In this document: positions 40,758 through 54,371 of the stretch, one piece after another | Position numbering within the stretch: the stretch's first letter is position 1 | Layout of the letters: every line of letters begins with the position of its first letter | Notes under the pieces: model-generated | What the model was told of the DNA's origin: nothing | The model's database searches: none | The model's input: the letters and a program-made list of their open reading frames with translations, nothing else | Translations under genes and position numbers: made by a program | NCBI RefSeq assembly: GCF_964204645.1 | Contig: NC_134025.1 | Span: forward strand, 19,505,101-19,569,100 | Source: Tubulanus polymorphus | Taxonomy: Eukaryota > Animalia > Nemertea | DNA: 64,000 nt | Direction of reading: 5' to 3'

Positions 40758-42896
40758 CTATGACAAAATAAAGAAAACATGAATTATAATCACATTCTGC
40801 ATAATATGGTATTTACTAAGTGTATTTGTTTTAAGTAGCACACTTCAAATATGGTTTGTAGGCATTTTGGTAAAACTTAGCTAAGGCCACACCAAAAGAA
40901 CACCCTTTTCTGGGACCGACTTGATATTTCGCCATTTCGATTAATCATTTTCAGAATAAAACAAAATTGCCTACCGCCCTTTTTCAAAATTGTGGGCGAA
41001 ATAACTTTTTTCATAAATATATATGTGGGTAAATGTTTTTATCTTCTTAATCAAATCGTGATGTTGGCATTGAGATCAACATCATATAAATATCTTATAA
41101 CATCGGATTTAACAATTTGATTCTGAAAATGATACAGCCATGCTCAAACCACTTAGCTAATAAGACATTGATGGCAACCTTGGATTGTTAAATAAGGGGA
41201 ATTCCGTGAAATATGTTCAAAATTTGGTCCGGTAAAAAAGTATTTATGGCAACCAACCCATTTTCAGAAGTAAACCCGAAATTTTATTATCTATAAAAAT
41301 AAAAATAAATTGCTTATGGGCAAAGTGTGGTTTACCTTGAAAGCTAGAGGTTGTTTGGAGTAAGGGCATTACTGGAAAAATCTTTTAAATTTGTGACTTC
41401 AAAGTTCTAGAAGTTTATATTGTATTTTATCTTTCTTAAAGAATTATTTTGTAGTCAAATAGGACCAAAGATAAACATTTGTTTATGGTCTATGTCCAAA
41501 ATTTCGTAGGGTACAGGTAGGGGCGGCAGGGAAACTATTTTATATTTTCAAAAAGTTATTTTTCACAATATGAAAAAATATTCAAATAAAATCCATATGA
41601 TGTCACATATCAGAGGGTGGCTGAATATTGAGTCTTGGGAACGAACCTCTTCCAATGTATGGACGCGGAAGCTAAAACACCGTAGTATTAGATTGTATTA
41701 AATCCTGGAATTTACCACTTCAATATTCAGACCTCGACCTATAGCTATAGTTTGCTGCTTAGTATTTTCAGGTCACAAGAAATTACAATTTATTACAAAT
41801 CCTATCCAACAGAAAACACAGCGCTCATCTTCAGCTACAATGATTATTCAGACTGTTATCATACCAAAGTGCACGCACCAAGCATCACCATATAGTATGA
41901 GTGTGTGTTTGTATGTGCAACAGTCTAATGTCTAGCACTCCTGCGCACATGGAGGCCTTGTGTAATAACGTTCGCTTCACATTAATGTCAATCAACACAA
42001 TCACTGGGTATTAAAATGAAACAATACCTATGGCGATATGTGAAATAATTAGGGTTTTCTGTTATTTCACAGAAAACCCTATTGATATCCGCGTGATTAT
42101 TATTATTATTATTTTCTTCCACACTATTTTTACCAAAAGAACATAGGCTTTGTTACCTTACCGCTGTTTCATATACAATCCATATAATATCGTTCAGCTC
42201 ACTGAGATCTACAAATAGCCCGCGTGTTTTTCACGAATCATCGTTACAAAAGCGCTGTCGGGCCGTAAACATCGAAAATTTAGCCCCATTCAATGGGGCG
42301 ACATGTTTTTCGAGTCGCCATCCCGAAATCAACCCGCAGGCCGACTGTCACTTCGATTACCAATTCAAGTATAAATGAACTAATTTATTGCCGCAGACTT
42401 CACATTCAGTTGCGGTCTTCAAACAGTGATTTTAACAATAGCCCATTTTCCTCATCAAATCATATTACCGATACACTGGAAATTTACTACTTTAGATTTT
42501 AAAAGCACTGTCGAGCCGTAAACATCGACGAATCGACGTGTGTTACTACATCGTCGTTCCGGGGATCAGCTGCGAGTTTCTCCTCATCATGAACCTACGT
42601 GAAGTGAGCCTGTTATTCCAGCCTCGTATTCAGATATAGTGTGTACACACTGTACAGCTGCCTGTAGATACTGGTTGACATGAAATGTATAACTTAGCAT
42701 GACGGAGCGATGATAACTAACGTTAACGTTAGTATATAGCATCGGATACTGATACTCAAATTTCTCTGAAACAAAAACTCCAGGTTTCGTAAAAACTGAG
42801 TATATTACTGAGTAGGCTCGATTGTTCAAGTAGATATATAAAGTAAATGTCTGTGCATCGATTTGTTCAGGTATTATTTCAACTCACGATTGCATC

Positions 42897-45800
42897 ATTC
42901 CGCGACAATTCATTATTTTGGTTTTATCGCCCGCGACAATTCAATATTTTGGTTTTATCGCCCGCGATAATTCATTATTTTGGTTTTATCGCCCGCGACA
43001 ATTCAATATTTTGTTTTTATCGCCCGCGACAATTCATTATTTTGGTTTTGTCGCCCGCGACCATTCATTATTTTGGTTTTATCGCCCGCGTCAATTCATT
43101 ATTTTGGTTTTGTCGCCCGCGACAATTCATTATTTTGATTTTGTCGCCCGCGACGATTCAATATCTTGTTTTTGTCGCCCGAGACGATTCATTATTTTGG
43201 TTTTATCGCCCGCGACAATTCATTAGTTTGGTTTTATCGCCCGCGACAATTCATTAGTTTGGTTTTATCGCCCGCGACAATTCATTAGTTTGGTTTTGTT
43301 GCCCGCGACAATTCAATATTTTGGTTTTGTCACCCGCGAAAATTCAATATTTTGGTTTTATCGCCCGCGACAATTCATTACTTTGGTTTTATCGCCACCG
43401 ACAATTCATTATTTTGGTTTTTTTCTCGCCCGCGACAATTCATTATTTTGCTTTTATATTTTGTTTTTGTCGCCCGCGACAATTTTCTTTTTTGGTTTTA
43501 TCGCCTGCACAATTCAATATTTTTGTTTTATCGCCCGCGATTATTCATTATTTTGGTTTTGTCGCCTGAGACAATTCATTATTTTGGTTTTAACGCCCGC
43601 GACAATTCATTATTACGGTTTTATTGCCCGCGACAATTCATTATTTTGGTTTTGTCGCCCGCGACAATTCACCATTTTGGTTTTGTCACCAGCGACAATT
43701 CACCTTTTTGGTTTTGTCGCCCGCGACAATTCACCATTTTGGTTTTGTCGCCCGCGACAATTAACCATTTTGGTTTTGTTGCCCGCGACAATTCATTATT
43801 TTGGTTTTATCGCCCGCGACAATTCATTAATTTTGATTTATCGCCCGCGACAATTCATTATTTTTGTTTTGTCGCCCCGACAATTCTTTTTTTGGTTTTG
43901 TCGCCCGCAACAATTCAATATTTTGGTTTAGTCGCCCGCGAAAATTCAATATTTTGGTTTTGTCGCCCGCGATAATTCATTATTTTTCTTTTATCGCCTG
44001 TGACAATTCAATATTTTGGTTTTATCGCCCGCGATAATTCATTATTTTGGTTTTGTCGCCCGAGACAATTCATTATTTTGGTTTAATCGCCCGCGAAAAT
44101 TCTATATTTTGGTTTTATCGCCCGTGATAATTCATTATTTTGGTTTTATCGCCCGCGAAAATTCATTATTTTGGTTTTATCGCCCGCGACAATTCAATAT
44201 TTTGGTTTTATCGCCCACGACAATTCATTATTTTGGTTTTATATTTTGTTTTTATCGCCCGCGCCAATTATTTTTTGGTTTTGTCGCCCGCTACAATTCA
44301 ATATTTTGGTTTTGTCGCCCGCGACAATTCATTATTTTGGTTTTATCGCCCGCGACAATTCAATATATTTGTGTTTTATCGCCCACGACAATTCATTATT
44401 TTGGTTTTATATTTTGTTTTTATCGCCCGCGCCAATTATTTTTTGGTTTTGTCGCCCGCGACAATTCAATATTTTGGTTTTGTCGCCCGCGACAATTCAT
44501 TATTTTGGTTTTATCGCCCGCAACAATTCAATATTTTGTTTTTATCGCCCGCGACAATTCATTATTTTGGTTTTATCGCCCGTGATAATTCATTATTTTG
44601 GTTTTATCGCCCGCGAAAATTCATTATTTTGGTTTTATCGCCCGCGACAATTCAATATTTTGGTTTTATCGCCCGCGACAATTCATTATTTTGGTTTTAT
44701 CGCTTGCGACAATTCATTATTTTGGTTTTGTCGCCCGCGACAATTCAATATTTTGGTTTTGTCGCCCGCGACAATTCATTATTTTGGTTTTATCGCCCGC
44801 AACAATTCAATATTTTGTTTTTATCGCCCGCGACAATTCATTATTTTGGTTTTATCGCCCGTGATAATTCATTATTTTGGTTTTATCGCCCGCGAAAATT
44901 CATTATTTTGGTTTTATCGCCCGCGACAATTCAATATTTTGGTTTTATCGCCCACGACAATTCATTATTTTGGTTTTATATTTTGTTTTTATCGCCCGCG
45001 CCAATTATTTTTTGGTTTTGTCGCCCGCTACAATTCAATATTTTGGTTTTGTCGCCCGCGACAATTCATTATTTTGGTTTTATCGCCCGTGACAATTCAA
45101 TATTTTGGTTTTATCGCCCACGACAATTCATTATTTTGGTTTTATATTTTGTTTTTATCGCCCGCGCCAATTATTTTTTGGTTTTGTCGCCCGCGACAAT
45201 TCAATATTTTGGTTTTGTCGCCCGCGACAATTCATTATTTTGGTTTTATCGCCCGCAACAATTCAATATTTTGTTTTTATCGCCCGCGACAATTCATTAT
45301 TTTGGTTTTGTCGCCCGAGACCATTCATTATTTTGGTTTTATCGCCCGCGACAATTCATTATTTTGGTTTTGTCGCCCGCGACAATTCTGTAGTTTGGTT
45401 TTGTCACCCGCGACAATTATTTTTCAGTCCACTTGGGACTTTAGTCCCAGCGGGCTATTGCGTTCACTTTTCGTCCGTCCGTCCGTCCATAGACGGAATC
45501 CAGTTATTTTGGGAAGTTTTGAAGACGCTTCAAGGTAATGTCTTGATATTTGGTTTATACATGTATCTACCCTAGACACATCGTCAGCCCAAAAACTGGC
45601 CCTGTCAGATTCAAGATGGCCGACTGGCAGCCATTGTTGTTTGCCAAAATCAGCACTTTTTAAACATTTTCGAAGTTTTCGTGGGAAATTTTGAAGACGC
45701 TTTGATCAATTACCTTGATCTTTCGTTTATATTTGAATCTACCAAAGGCCCATCAGCATAAGAAAATTGGGTCGATCTGACTCAAGATGGCCGTCCTATG

Positions 45801-47040
45801 ACCTTTTTAGTGCCCAAAAATGTCAATTTTGGCCAGAATTCTAGGTCACGTAGCTTCCTACTGGTTTGCCATTTCTCATTGCAATTGCTGATGGGTATTC
45901 TTTAGAGAGGGATGTTTTATACCTGGGACAGGTATCTTTGATCAGCCAATTATGACGCAATTGGCGGCCATCTTGGTGTCATCAGTACTCATTCGTAGGT
46001 GGGAAAAAGTTTTTCCACATTAAATTGATACCTAAGCATATTGCGTTACTATATTCAATTGGAAAGTTGTTGCCCATAACGTGTTCTATGATTTTGGTGA
46101 GTTTCAAGGTCATTGGTTTTTTTATGTGGCCATCAGGGGGCATTGAATAATACAATAACTTAGTATTGCTATATTTGTGCCAAGGCATATTTTGTTACCA
46201 TGATCAATTGCAAAGTTGTAGTTCATGACATCGTCTATGATTGTGGTGAGTTTTTAAGGACATTAGTTATTCCATATAGTCACCAGGGGGCGTTGAATAG
46301 TAGAATGGCTTAGTATTTCCTTATTAGATTGGTACCTAGGCATATTTTGTTACTATGATCAATTGCAAAGTTGTATTTCATGACATGTACTACGATTGGG
46401 GTGAGTTTTTAAGGTCATTGGGTTTTGCATATGGTCACCAGGGGGCGTTGAATAGTAGAATAACTTAGTATTTCCATATTAAATTGGTAACGAGGCATAT
46501 TTTGTTATCACAATCGATTACAAAATCATAGCTGCTCACATGTTCTATGATTGTGGTGGGTTTCAAGGTCATTGGTTTTTGTATATGGTCACTAGAGGGC
46601 GTTATGTATTGAAATTGTTAGATTGTTGAGCATTTGAAACCACTTCCCAAGTGAGCATGGTGTCCCTGGACCCCTAGTTTGGTTTTGTCGCCCGCGACAA
46701 TTCATTATTTTGGTTTTGTCGCACGCAACAATTCAATATTTTGTTTTTGTCGTCCGTGACAATTCATTATTTTGGTTTTATCGCCCGCGACAATTCAATA
46801 TTTTGGTTTTATCGCCCCCGACAATTCATCATTTTGGTTTTATTGCCCGCGACAATTCATTATTTTTGTTTTGTCGCCCGTGACAATTCAATATTTTGGT
46901 TTTATCGCCCCCGACAATTCATCATTTTGGTTTTATTGCCCGCGACAATTCATTATTTTTGTTTTGTCGCCCGTGACAATTCAATATTTTGGTTTTGTCA
47001 CCCGCGACAATTCATAATTTTGGTTTTGTCACCCGTGGTT
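42897..47040 (+). repeat. 31-bp satellite (cgcgacaattcattattttggttttatcgcc), interrupted by HINE A
   Basis: Arrays at 42897-45420 and 46680-47040. Confidence 0.97.
45421..46679 (+). mobile_element. HINE family A, copy 2 (intact, ~1.26 kb)
   Basis: Same termini, GTCC tract and 154-bp repeats as copy 1; inserted in a T-run of the satellite. Confidence 0.9.
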
Positions 47041-48793
47041 TGTCGGAACATTAAGTTTTTTGGTCGAACAGTGTGTTAAGGTCGTTTTGGAAATTTACTC
47101 GGTCTGGTATATTTTGGATTACTGTGTATGTCATTTGTCAGGACATTAAACAGAAGACGACTTAGGATACTACCTTGCGTGACTCCACTAGCTAGACCGT
47201 CTCATTCCAAGATGAGGCGTTCCGTTGATTTCGGTTACAAGTTTCCGTTCAGAGATAACTGCTGAGCCATTTGGGCGACCTATCATTGATACTGTTTCCT
47301 AATAGCCTGTTTAGTAATGGCTGATGTTGAGCCTTATCAAATGCTTTGTTGAAATCCACCGTTGAACAGGATTCTAAGACTGTGCAGAAAACCCGTTATC
47401 GCTGCTTTGCAGCTATATTTAATAATTATATTCTCACCAGCAATGAGCATTCAAAATTCGCACATATACGGCACCTAGTCCATTAAAACGTTCGCCATTA
47501 ATGGCTTTTATTTTAAGTAGCGCCGGAATTCCCCGTATATCCCAAAAACCAGCCAATCACATTCGCTCGTAAAGACAAGCCCCCCCCCCCCAATGGAGGT
47601 CATTGCAATTTTTTACGCAAGAGCTAAGAATTTTCCCGCCAGAAACAGTTTTTCGTCAAATTTAAACAAAGTTGACCATGTCATCGACGGAGGTTCGTCA
47701 TGTCTTCAATCGCATCGATTATACGTCGTTTAACCCCAGAACCAATGCAAAATGTTCACATAAAAAAACGTACCGCGATTTTACATGCTTACATTTTACG
47801 TGATTTTACATTTTACATGGCTCAATGCCAACCTCATACTGCTGACAAAGGTAAACCAAAAATTCCCTACCTACCTACACATTTTGGTGATTGCCCAGCC
47901 CGAGGATGTTTTTTTGGTGTGGCCTATTCTATAACCAGATCATTTTTGTATACATGTACAAAATGTACTGCTAATTTAAGCATTATCAGATATTTGTCTC
48001 ATTTCAGTGGAAAGACTGCGAATCAAATTTCATTTTGTTTAACATAAATCCCTGGCCAAATCCTTCTAAATTTCAGTTAAATTCGATCGAAAACAATGAA
48101 CCCTTTTCTAACAAACTATCCATTATAACGTAGTCCTAATACATCTCATTGATCCAACGCAGTCAATTGATCATGTATGGTCAAGTTTTGACAACGTAGA
48201 AGCTGAGGCATAAGAAATTAGACCTAAATGACAAGACAAGCATTTTGTTTTCAATGGACCCAATATTTCATGTGATGCTAGGCCCTAGGGGGATACACAC
48301 ATGAACCTCAAGACAATCGATCAAAATTTAGTGTCGAAACCGCCAAACAACAATGACTGCTAGTCGGCCATCTTAATTCCAATCGGGCCAATTATTGGGG
48401 CAGCAAGGGTAGATACTCACATAAACCAAATGTCATGATCCTGCATCAAAGCATATCGAAAACTTTCCAAAACAAGTGGACCATAAGGTCCATATAGTCG
48501 GAGACAGATCATGATGTTTAAAGTTTACTAGTAGTGAATGTATGAGGAACAAATTTGAATACCGGGTATCTCATTAAAATTTTTGTTCTATTACGCACGC
48601 CATGAACAGGTGGTGTTTTATTTTCATTGACAAATATTTTGGACGAATATCTAATAACAAATACTTTCTTCCGTCAAATAGATCCAACAATTATCATGGT
48701 TATAAACTTTTCATTTTGGCCCTTGGTTCATTAGAACAAGGTTTCACTGTACACATAAATGTTCCATAAAACGGATCAATAAGGCTAAAAAGT

Positions 48794-48901
48794 GGAGCAG
48801 TGTGGCCGAATGGTTAGGGCGTGGGCTTCCCAATCTGGAGATTGCGTGTTCGCCCCGACTGTTCTGCAGTGCCCTTAGGCAAGGTATTAATTCACATTTG
48901 C
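48794..48901 (+). mobile_element. tRNA-derived SINE fragment
   Basis: A-box tggccgaatgg and B-box-like gttcg, followed by CORE-like gtgcccttaggcaagg. Confidence 0.6.
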
Positions 48902-48917
48902 TACTGGACAGACATAA

Positions 48918-49078
48918 GCTGCATTCGCACTAGGAAATTATTTGAGGCCTATTCGTGGCTTATTCAGTTCCGTACTGAAAACAGCAGCTTATTGAGCGCA
49001 GAATGCGATTCCTCTTCAAAAACCTGATCTCAGTACAGAACTGAGCTGGGTGCGTATTTTCTGTAGTGTGAACGCAGA
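48918..49078. mobile_element. Small Harbinger-like MITE
   Basis: ctgcattcgcacta / tagtgtgaacgcag imperfect TIRs; TAA on the left flank. Confidence 0.45.
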
Positions 49079-49145
49079 TTCGCCGCTTAGCTAGCCGCAG
49101 CTTAACTCAGTTGACAGTATAGCAATGCATATTTTTCAAACTCAC

Positions 49146-49316
49146 GTCCATGTGCCTGGAGCTTGATGACGTTCTTCATGTCTCTTCCAAGATTGGTAAA
49201 GTTGAAACTTGGCACCACAAATGGAACATATGAACTGAGATTTCTTCTTATGTACAGTGCGAATATGATCATGCATGTGGCGTGTGGTCTTCTTAACTAT
49301 TCCACAAATTGGGCAC
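49146..49316 (-). CDS. C2H2 zinc-finger protein exon (2 fingers)
   Basis: (Q)CPICGIVKKTTRHMHDHIRTVH...CSICGAKFQLYQSWKRHEERH; phase 2-2. Confidence 0.9.
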
Positions 49317-49366
49317 CTATCAAGTGTATACAAAATTGATTATCAGTAATAAACCTGATTTAAATC

Positions 49367-50314
49367 AAACTAGGGGTCCAGGGACACCATGCCCACTTGG
49401 GAAGTGGTTTCAAATGCTCGACAATCTGACAATTTCAATATTCAACGCCCCCTGGTGACCATATGCAAAAACCAATGACCTTAAAACTCATCACAATCAT
49501 AGAACAATAGAACATGTCAGCAGCTACGATTTTGTAATTGATTGTGATAACAAAATACGCCTAGGTACCAATATGATATGGAAATACTAAGTTATTCTAC
49601 TAAATTTCAACGCCCCTGGTGACCATATGCAAAACCCAATGACCTTGAAACTCACCACAATCATGGAACATGTCATGAGCTACAACTTTGAAATGAATCA
49701 GGGTAACAAAATATGCCTAGGTACCAATGTAATAAGGAAATACTAAGTTATTCTACTATTCATCGCCCCTGGTGACCATGCAGAACAACTAATGACCTTG
49801 AAACTCACCACAATCATCGCCCATGTCATGAGCTACAACTGTGCTAACAAAATATGCATAGGTACAAATATAACATAGAATTACTAAGTTATTGTATAAT
49901 TCAATGCCCCCTGGTGGCCATAAACAAAATCCGCTGACCTTGAAACTCACCACAATTAATTGTGGTAACAAAATATGCTTAGGTATCAATATAATGTGGA
50001 AAACATTTTTTCCACCTACGAATGAGTACTGATGACACGAAGATGGCAGCCAACTGTGTGATAATAGGCTGATCAAAGATACCCGTCTTAGGTATTAACG
50101 TTTCCTTTCCATATTAAAATAGCCATCACAAATTGCAATGAAAAATGGCAAACCAGTAGGAAGCTACAGGACTCGGAATTGGGGCCAAAATAGAAATTTT
50201 GGGCACAATAAGTCTTTAACTTCTCAAAATAATTGGATTCCGTCTATGGACGAACAGACTGATGACAAGTGAACGCAATAGCCCCTGGGAATAAAGTCCC
50301 AAGTGGGCTAAAAA
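49367..50314 (-). mobile_element. HINE family A, copy 3
   Basis: aaactaggggtccagggacacc...gtcccaagtgggctaaaaa; internal deletion. Confidence 0.9.
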
Positions 50315-50390
50315 GGGTCAGGCTTATGCAGGGGGATTCGAGTACACATGTAAAGGAGGGAAAAATCGAATAAATCCCAAATTCACTTAC

Positions 50391-50520
50391 TGTGTATTCA
50401 CAGGTTTCTGCCATGGAAATCTTTTTCCAGCACGATGATCCTCAACAATATGGTTAATAACTCTGAACCATGCAGTGAATTGTTCATCACATGTAATGCA
50501 CTTAAATCCTTCACTATCAC
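50391..50520 (-). CDS. C2H2 zinc-finger protein exon
   Basis: (G)DSEGFKCITCDEQFTAWFRVINHIVEDHRAGKRFPWQKPVNT; phase 1-2. Confidence 0.85.
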
Positions 50521-50877
50521 CTTAAGATGAAGATTGTGGATTAAGAAATGTTCAATACATATACAGATCGAGATATGATTAAAATACGATGTGAGTTATT
50601 TGGAACTAGACTACATATATCAGTCATATTAGACGTCCAAATTATTTTCAAAATATGAATTATCAACAGAGCCTGGATCCATTTCACTAATCAATTCAAT
50701 TCAACAGTTGACTCCTACAGTACCGGGTACCCATAAGATGATTTCAAAATGACCCGGTTGAATTACAAAATCATTTTTTCATATACCCATAAATGGCAAT
50801 AAATATGATGTTCCTCGAAGATGAGAGGAAAATTGTTGGGCTGGATTGCAAGCTAAAGTGTCCTCTGCTATACATAC

Positions 50878-51183
50878 CATCTAGATGGCACTTCTTATGC
50901 AGTTGAAGTTCCTCGAGGGAATGTAGGTAAATAGTTTTGCAACGGCTACAACGATACGGTTTAACATTTGCCACTTTTCTTAGTCGTGGCTTCTTAAAAG
51001 GTTGATTTGTCGATCTATCAATGTCATCCCATTCGTTACGTGAAGATTTATCAGTTATGTGTGGCAATGAGGGCCAAACGGCAATATCCGCATGATGCTG
51101 AATGTAATGATCTCTAAGTCCATCCCACGTATCATAGCGTAATGTTGAATCACAGCATAGGGTGCACACAAATTTTGCTTCTT
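50878..51183 (-). CDS. C2H2 zinc-finger protein exon
   Basis: CTLC..HYIQHH and CSRC..HKKCH; phase 1-1. Confidence 0.88.
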
Positions 51184-51646
51184 CTGAAATGTAATGACCA
51201 TAGTTTATTGTATGATGGATTTAGAACCAGAGGCATTTCCAGACAGTATTTGAAGGAAAATCAGGGACATGTAAAATGTAGACCCGATCCATGCCTGTAC
51301 TAGATTTTTAAAATTTCACATCATCTGAGCTCAATCCAGAGTTACTTTATGGGATTGCTCCTCAAACTCCTGTATACGGTATGAGCTTGTAATTCCAAGC
51401 TTTTATTATTGTAAAATTACCAGCTGATATAGCTCAGCAGTGTGTTTGTACATGACCTACATAGCATTGAAGTTTTTTCCAAAGAAATTAATTCATCAGG
51501 TCTGAAGTATATTTAAAAGTGAAAAGCCGAGGTCCGTAGATGAAACATACCGAACCAAGTTTCGGAGTAGATTAAATCAAATCAAATCTGTGAGACTAAT
51601 AAGTAATTCAAGTAATGTCAATGGACCCCTATACTATGGAAGTATT

Positions 51647-52071
51647 AGGCCCCGGAAAAAAATTGCTCGTTTCTCATCATTTTCATTTTACGCGCACGTC
51701 AAAATAAGGTTGTCAGTAAAAAATAAAAATGTGCATCCCACAGGCAGTTTTTGTTTCTTTTTAAAAAAAGTAAAATACTCCTGCGCGCATCGCGATAAAC
51801 AACCTGATCACACTTTCTTATGTTTTTCTTCATGGTCATTACCCAATTATTACTGTGGCAGGTAAGCATTTCGGTAACAAAGTGCTTTCCATTCCGATTC
51901 GAGGTTGTTAACGCCTAAATTTCCCCATTTAAAAAATAAAAAATTGGTCGCCCTCGTAACTTTTGGAATAAGGTTTTTTTTTTCCTTTTTTTCAAAAATG
52001 AAAACCTGCCACCCTTGTCACTTTTCCAAAAAAGAGCTGATGAGAAACAAGTGCATTTCTTCACGTGGCCT
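51647..52071. mobile_element. Kolobok-like MITE
   Basis: aggcc..gtttctcatca / tgatgagaaac..ggcct imperfect TIRs. Confidence 0.6.
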
Positions 52072-52743
52072 TGATGGCACAGGCCAGTTGCAAGTGGCAA
52101 CTTTTTATTTGCTTGTCCATCCTGCTCTAGCACCACCTCAGTGTATATTTTTCTAAACTAATATGATATCATAATTTTCAACATCTTTTTTTTAAGTCTT
52201 CTTACATAACAAAAAACTTGAAACTTGGGTAACTTACTTAATTCAGATTTTGATTTAAACTGTAGTCACTTATTAATCCTGTCCATTTTGCCATTTTAAA
52301 TGAAAGAAAAATATCTCTTTTATTCGAATCCAAATTTTCTTAATTCAGACCAAAATTTCAGTTCTTTTTGGAAATTTCTATTGGAACAATTACATCTTTA
52401 TTTGGCTTTTATTGATGACCATATTTTAGGTATATAAGGGTGGTGATAGCTAATTCGGATTTGGTCTAATTTTGACAAAATTTGTTCATCCCCAGTGATC
52501 CGAACAAAGCAAGTTCAACTAGTTAGACATGCCTAGTCCAAGTGGCTATCAGCACTAGACCTGGCCCAATCCAGGTGTCCATTGTCAAAAAGAAATCAAT
52601 AATATTGGTGCATTTCTCTTGCATCTATTTTTCAGGTGAAATAATGTGTTTGTATAACCGCAATTTCTATATTTTATCTGGATGAGCTCAGTTTAATTCT
52701 TAATGTAACAAATGTATTTCTTTGACAATTATTTGAACTGTAC

Positions 52744-53634
52744 CTAAGCAATGTGATTGAATATGAATTTCAATTTCATTTTTACATCCTCTCATCAGAA
52801 CACAATGAGGACAAAATGACATGATACCACCAGGCCTTTCCTTCTCATCTGCTATTTCAATCTTTGTTCCTTCACCTTGTACCGAAGAAGAATTTTCATG
52901 TATCCAGAATGTCTCTAATACTGGCATTTTATCGAGGTCGCCTTGTGGAAGTTGTGTTTCATCATTACTGGTTCCATTGACTATAATATTTGCATCTGCC
53001 TCATCATCTTGTTCCTCTTGTTGGCGTTTCACCTCAGTTTCAATGGCCTCGATTAAATCTTCAAGAGTTTGTGCTGGAGCAGGAGTTGTCAAATCAGTAG
53101 TTTTCGACACGGATTCAACATTGACCCCAATACCAACCAACTGTTCCTTAACATCAATGTTTCCATCAGCCTGTTCATTTACAATAGATGCATCATATAC
53201 ATTGCATCCTTGAAAATTAACATCATCATAGGCATCTCCAATCATAAAAACACCATCCAAACCTGGGAATGGCATCACTCTAAAATCAGAAGGTTTTTTT
53301 GCGAGTTTTATTTCAGTGGAATGATGCTTTGGAGGTCGGCCTCTGCGTCTGCACCTCACGCTAGGAGCATTGCTGTTAGATTTAGACAATGCTGTTTTTT
53401 GTGAAGGAGTATACATGTCCTCTTCTTTGTTATCAAGTTCTTCATTGTCAGAAATGTCATCCTCGTCCATAATTGGCTTTTTTGGGGAAAAAACATCACT
53501 GTGTTTACTGTGTCGGGCTATGATGCCATCAATTCTTTTCCGATCATTTTCATCATGCTCAGCAAGATGCAAGAACATCCGACACCAGGTCCTATACTCC
53601 ATTTCACACCAGGGACATCGAAAATGTTTTTCAT
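52744..53634 (-). CDS. C2H2 zinc-finger protein exon with AT-hook (RRGRPPK) and acidic linker
   Basis: CPWC..HLAEH and CPHC..HIQSH; 891 nt, phase 1-1. Confidence 0.9.
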
Positions 53635-53826
53635 CTACCAAGAAATTTAAAATCATATACAAGCTTGAGAGAGCATATAAAACTACTTAACTGCTTGGAA
53701 GAACAAGACAATATAAGTAAGACAGTAAAATAAGACTTTATTGGACATAAGTTGTGAGGAAAAATTAATTTCCGAAGCATTGACTCTGAATGTACATCCT
53801 GTTATGTCGACTGTTTGTAAATAATT

Positions 53827-54221
53827 GGGCCTTTTTTTAATAGTTTGGTTTACGGGGTAGACCTATTCAAATATCATTTCAGGGGAAATAAATAAAAAAT
53901 AAATTTATTCCCTCAGTGAGATAAAATCACTTTTTGAAGGAATTGGGAACTGGCGATAGGGCAATATACATATGTCCAAACAAATGACTCTGGGAAAGTT
54001 TGAATTCTGCACAATGCAATGAAAAAAGAACTTCACACTTTTCAGTTTTTTCCATCATTCAAGCCAGGATTCTCATTCGGCGGAGATGAAAAAAATTTTT
54101 TGCTCATTTTTTCACCGAATTCGTTCCCACAGACGGGAATTTAAAAAAAAATTCATTTTGATTTGACTTTTATTCAAATTTCGGAGGCGATTACCGTAAA
54201 CCAAGTTATCAAAAAAGGCCT
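53827..54221. mobile_element. Kolobok-like MITE
   Basis: ggccttttt..tagtttggtttacgg / ccgtaaaccaagttatcaaaaaaggcc. Confidence 0.7.
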
Positions 54222-54249
54222 TGCCATGGAAAAATTTAGAACAACTTAC

Positions 54250-54371
54250 CTAAAATATGACAGGTGAAATGCTGTTGTAAGATTTTATAGCCAGTCAGAA
54301 ACTCCATGGGACAAATTGGACACGCAATTGGCTTTGTGTCATCTTCTCGTTTTATTTTTCTTGTAGGACGA
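54250..54371 (-). CDS. C2H2 zinc-finger protein exon
   Basis: (S)RPTRKIKREDDTKPIACPICPMEFLTGYKILQQHFTCHIL; phase 2-1. Confidence 0.88.

Larger units (their letters stand above)
42049..47419 (+). mobile_element. HINE-like element (family D) whose ends enclose the 31-bp satellite
   Basis: 5' hairpin agggttttctgt-tatttc-acagaaaaccct then (TTA)n; 3' subTIR cagaaaaccc (47385), hairpin gctgc-ttt-gcagc, then tatattt. Confidence 0.6.

Noticed and set aside
42847-47079. Long hydrophobic ORFs (up to 455 aa), or a CRISPR-like array of palindromic 31-mers
   Set aside because: Satellite translation in all frames; no spacers and no cas genes
47438-47474. Possible alternative zinc-finger exon (TCRICANFECSLL, phase 2-0)
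   Set aside because: Weak acceptor and no His pair; exon 40688-40757 completes the finger with the same phases
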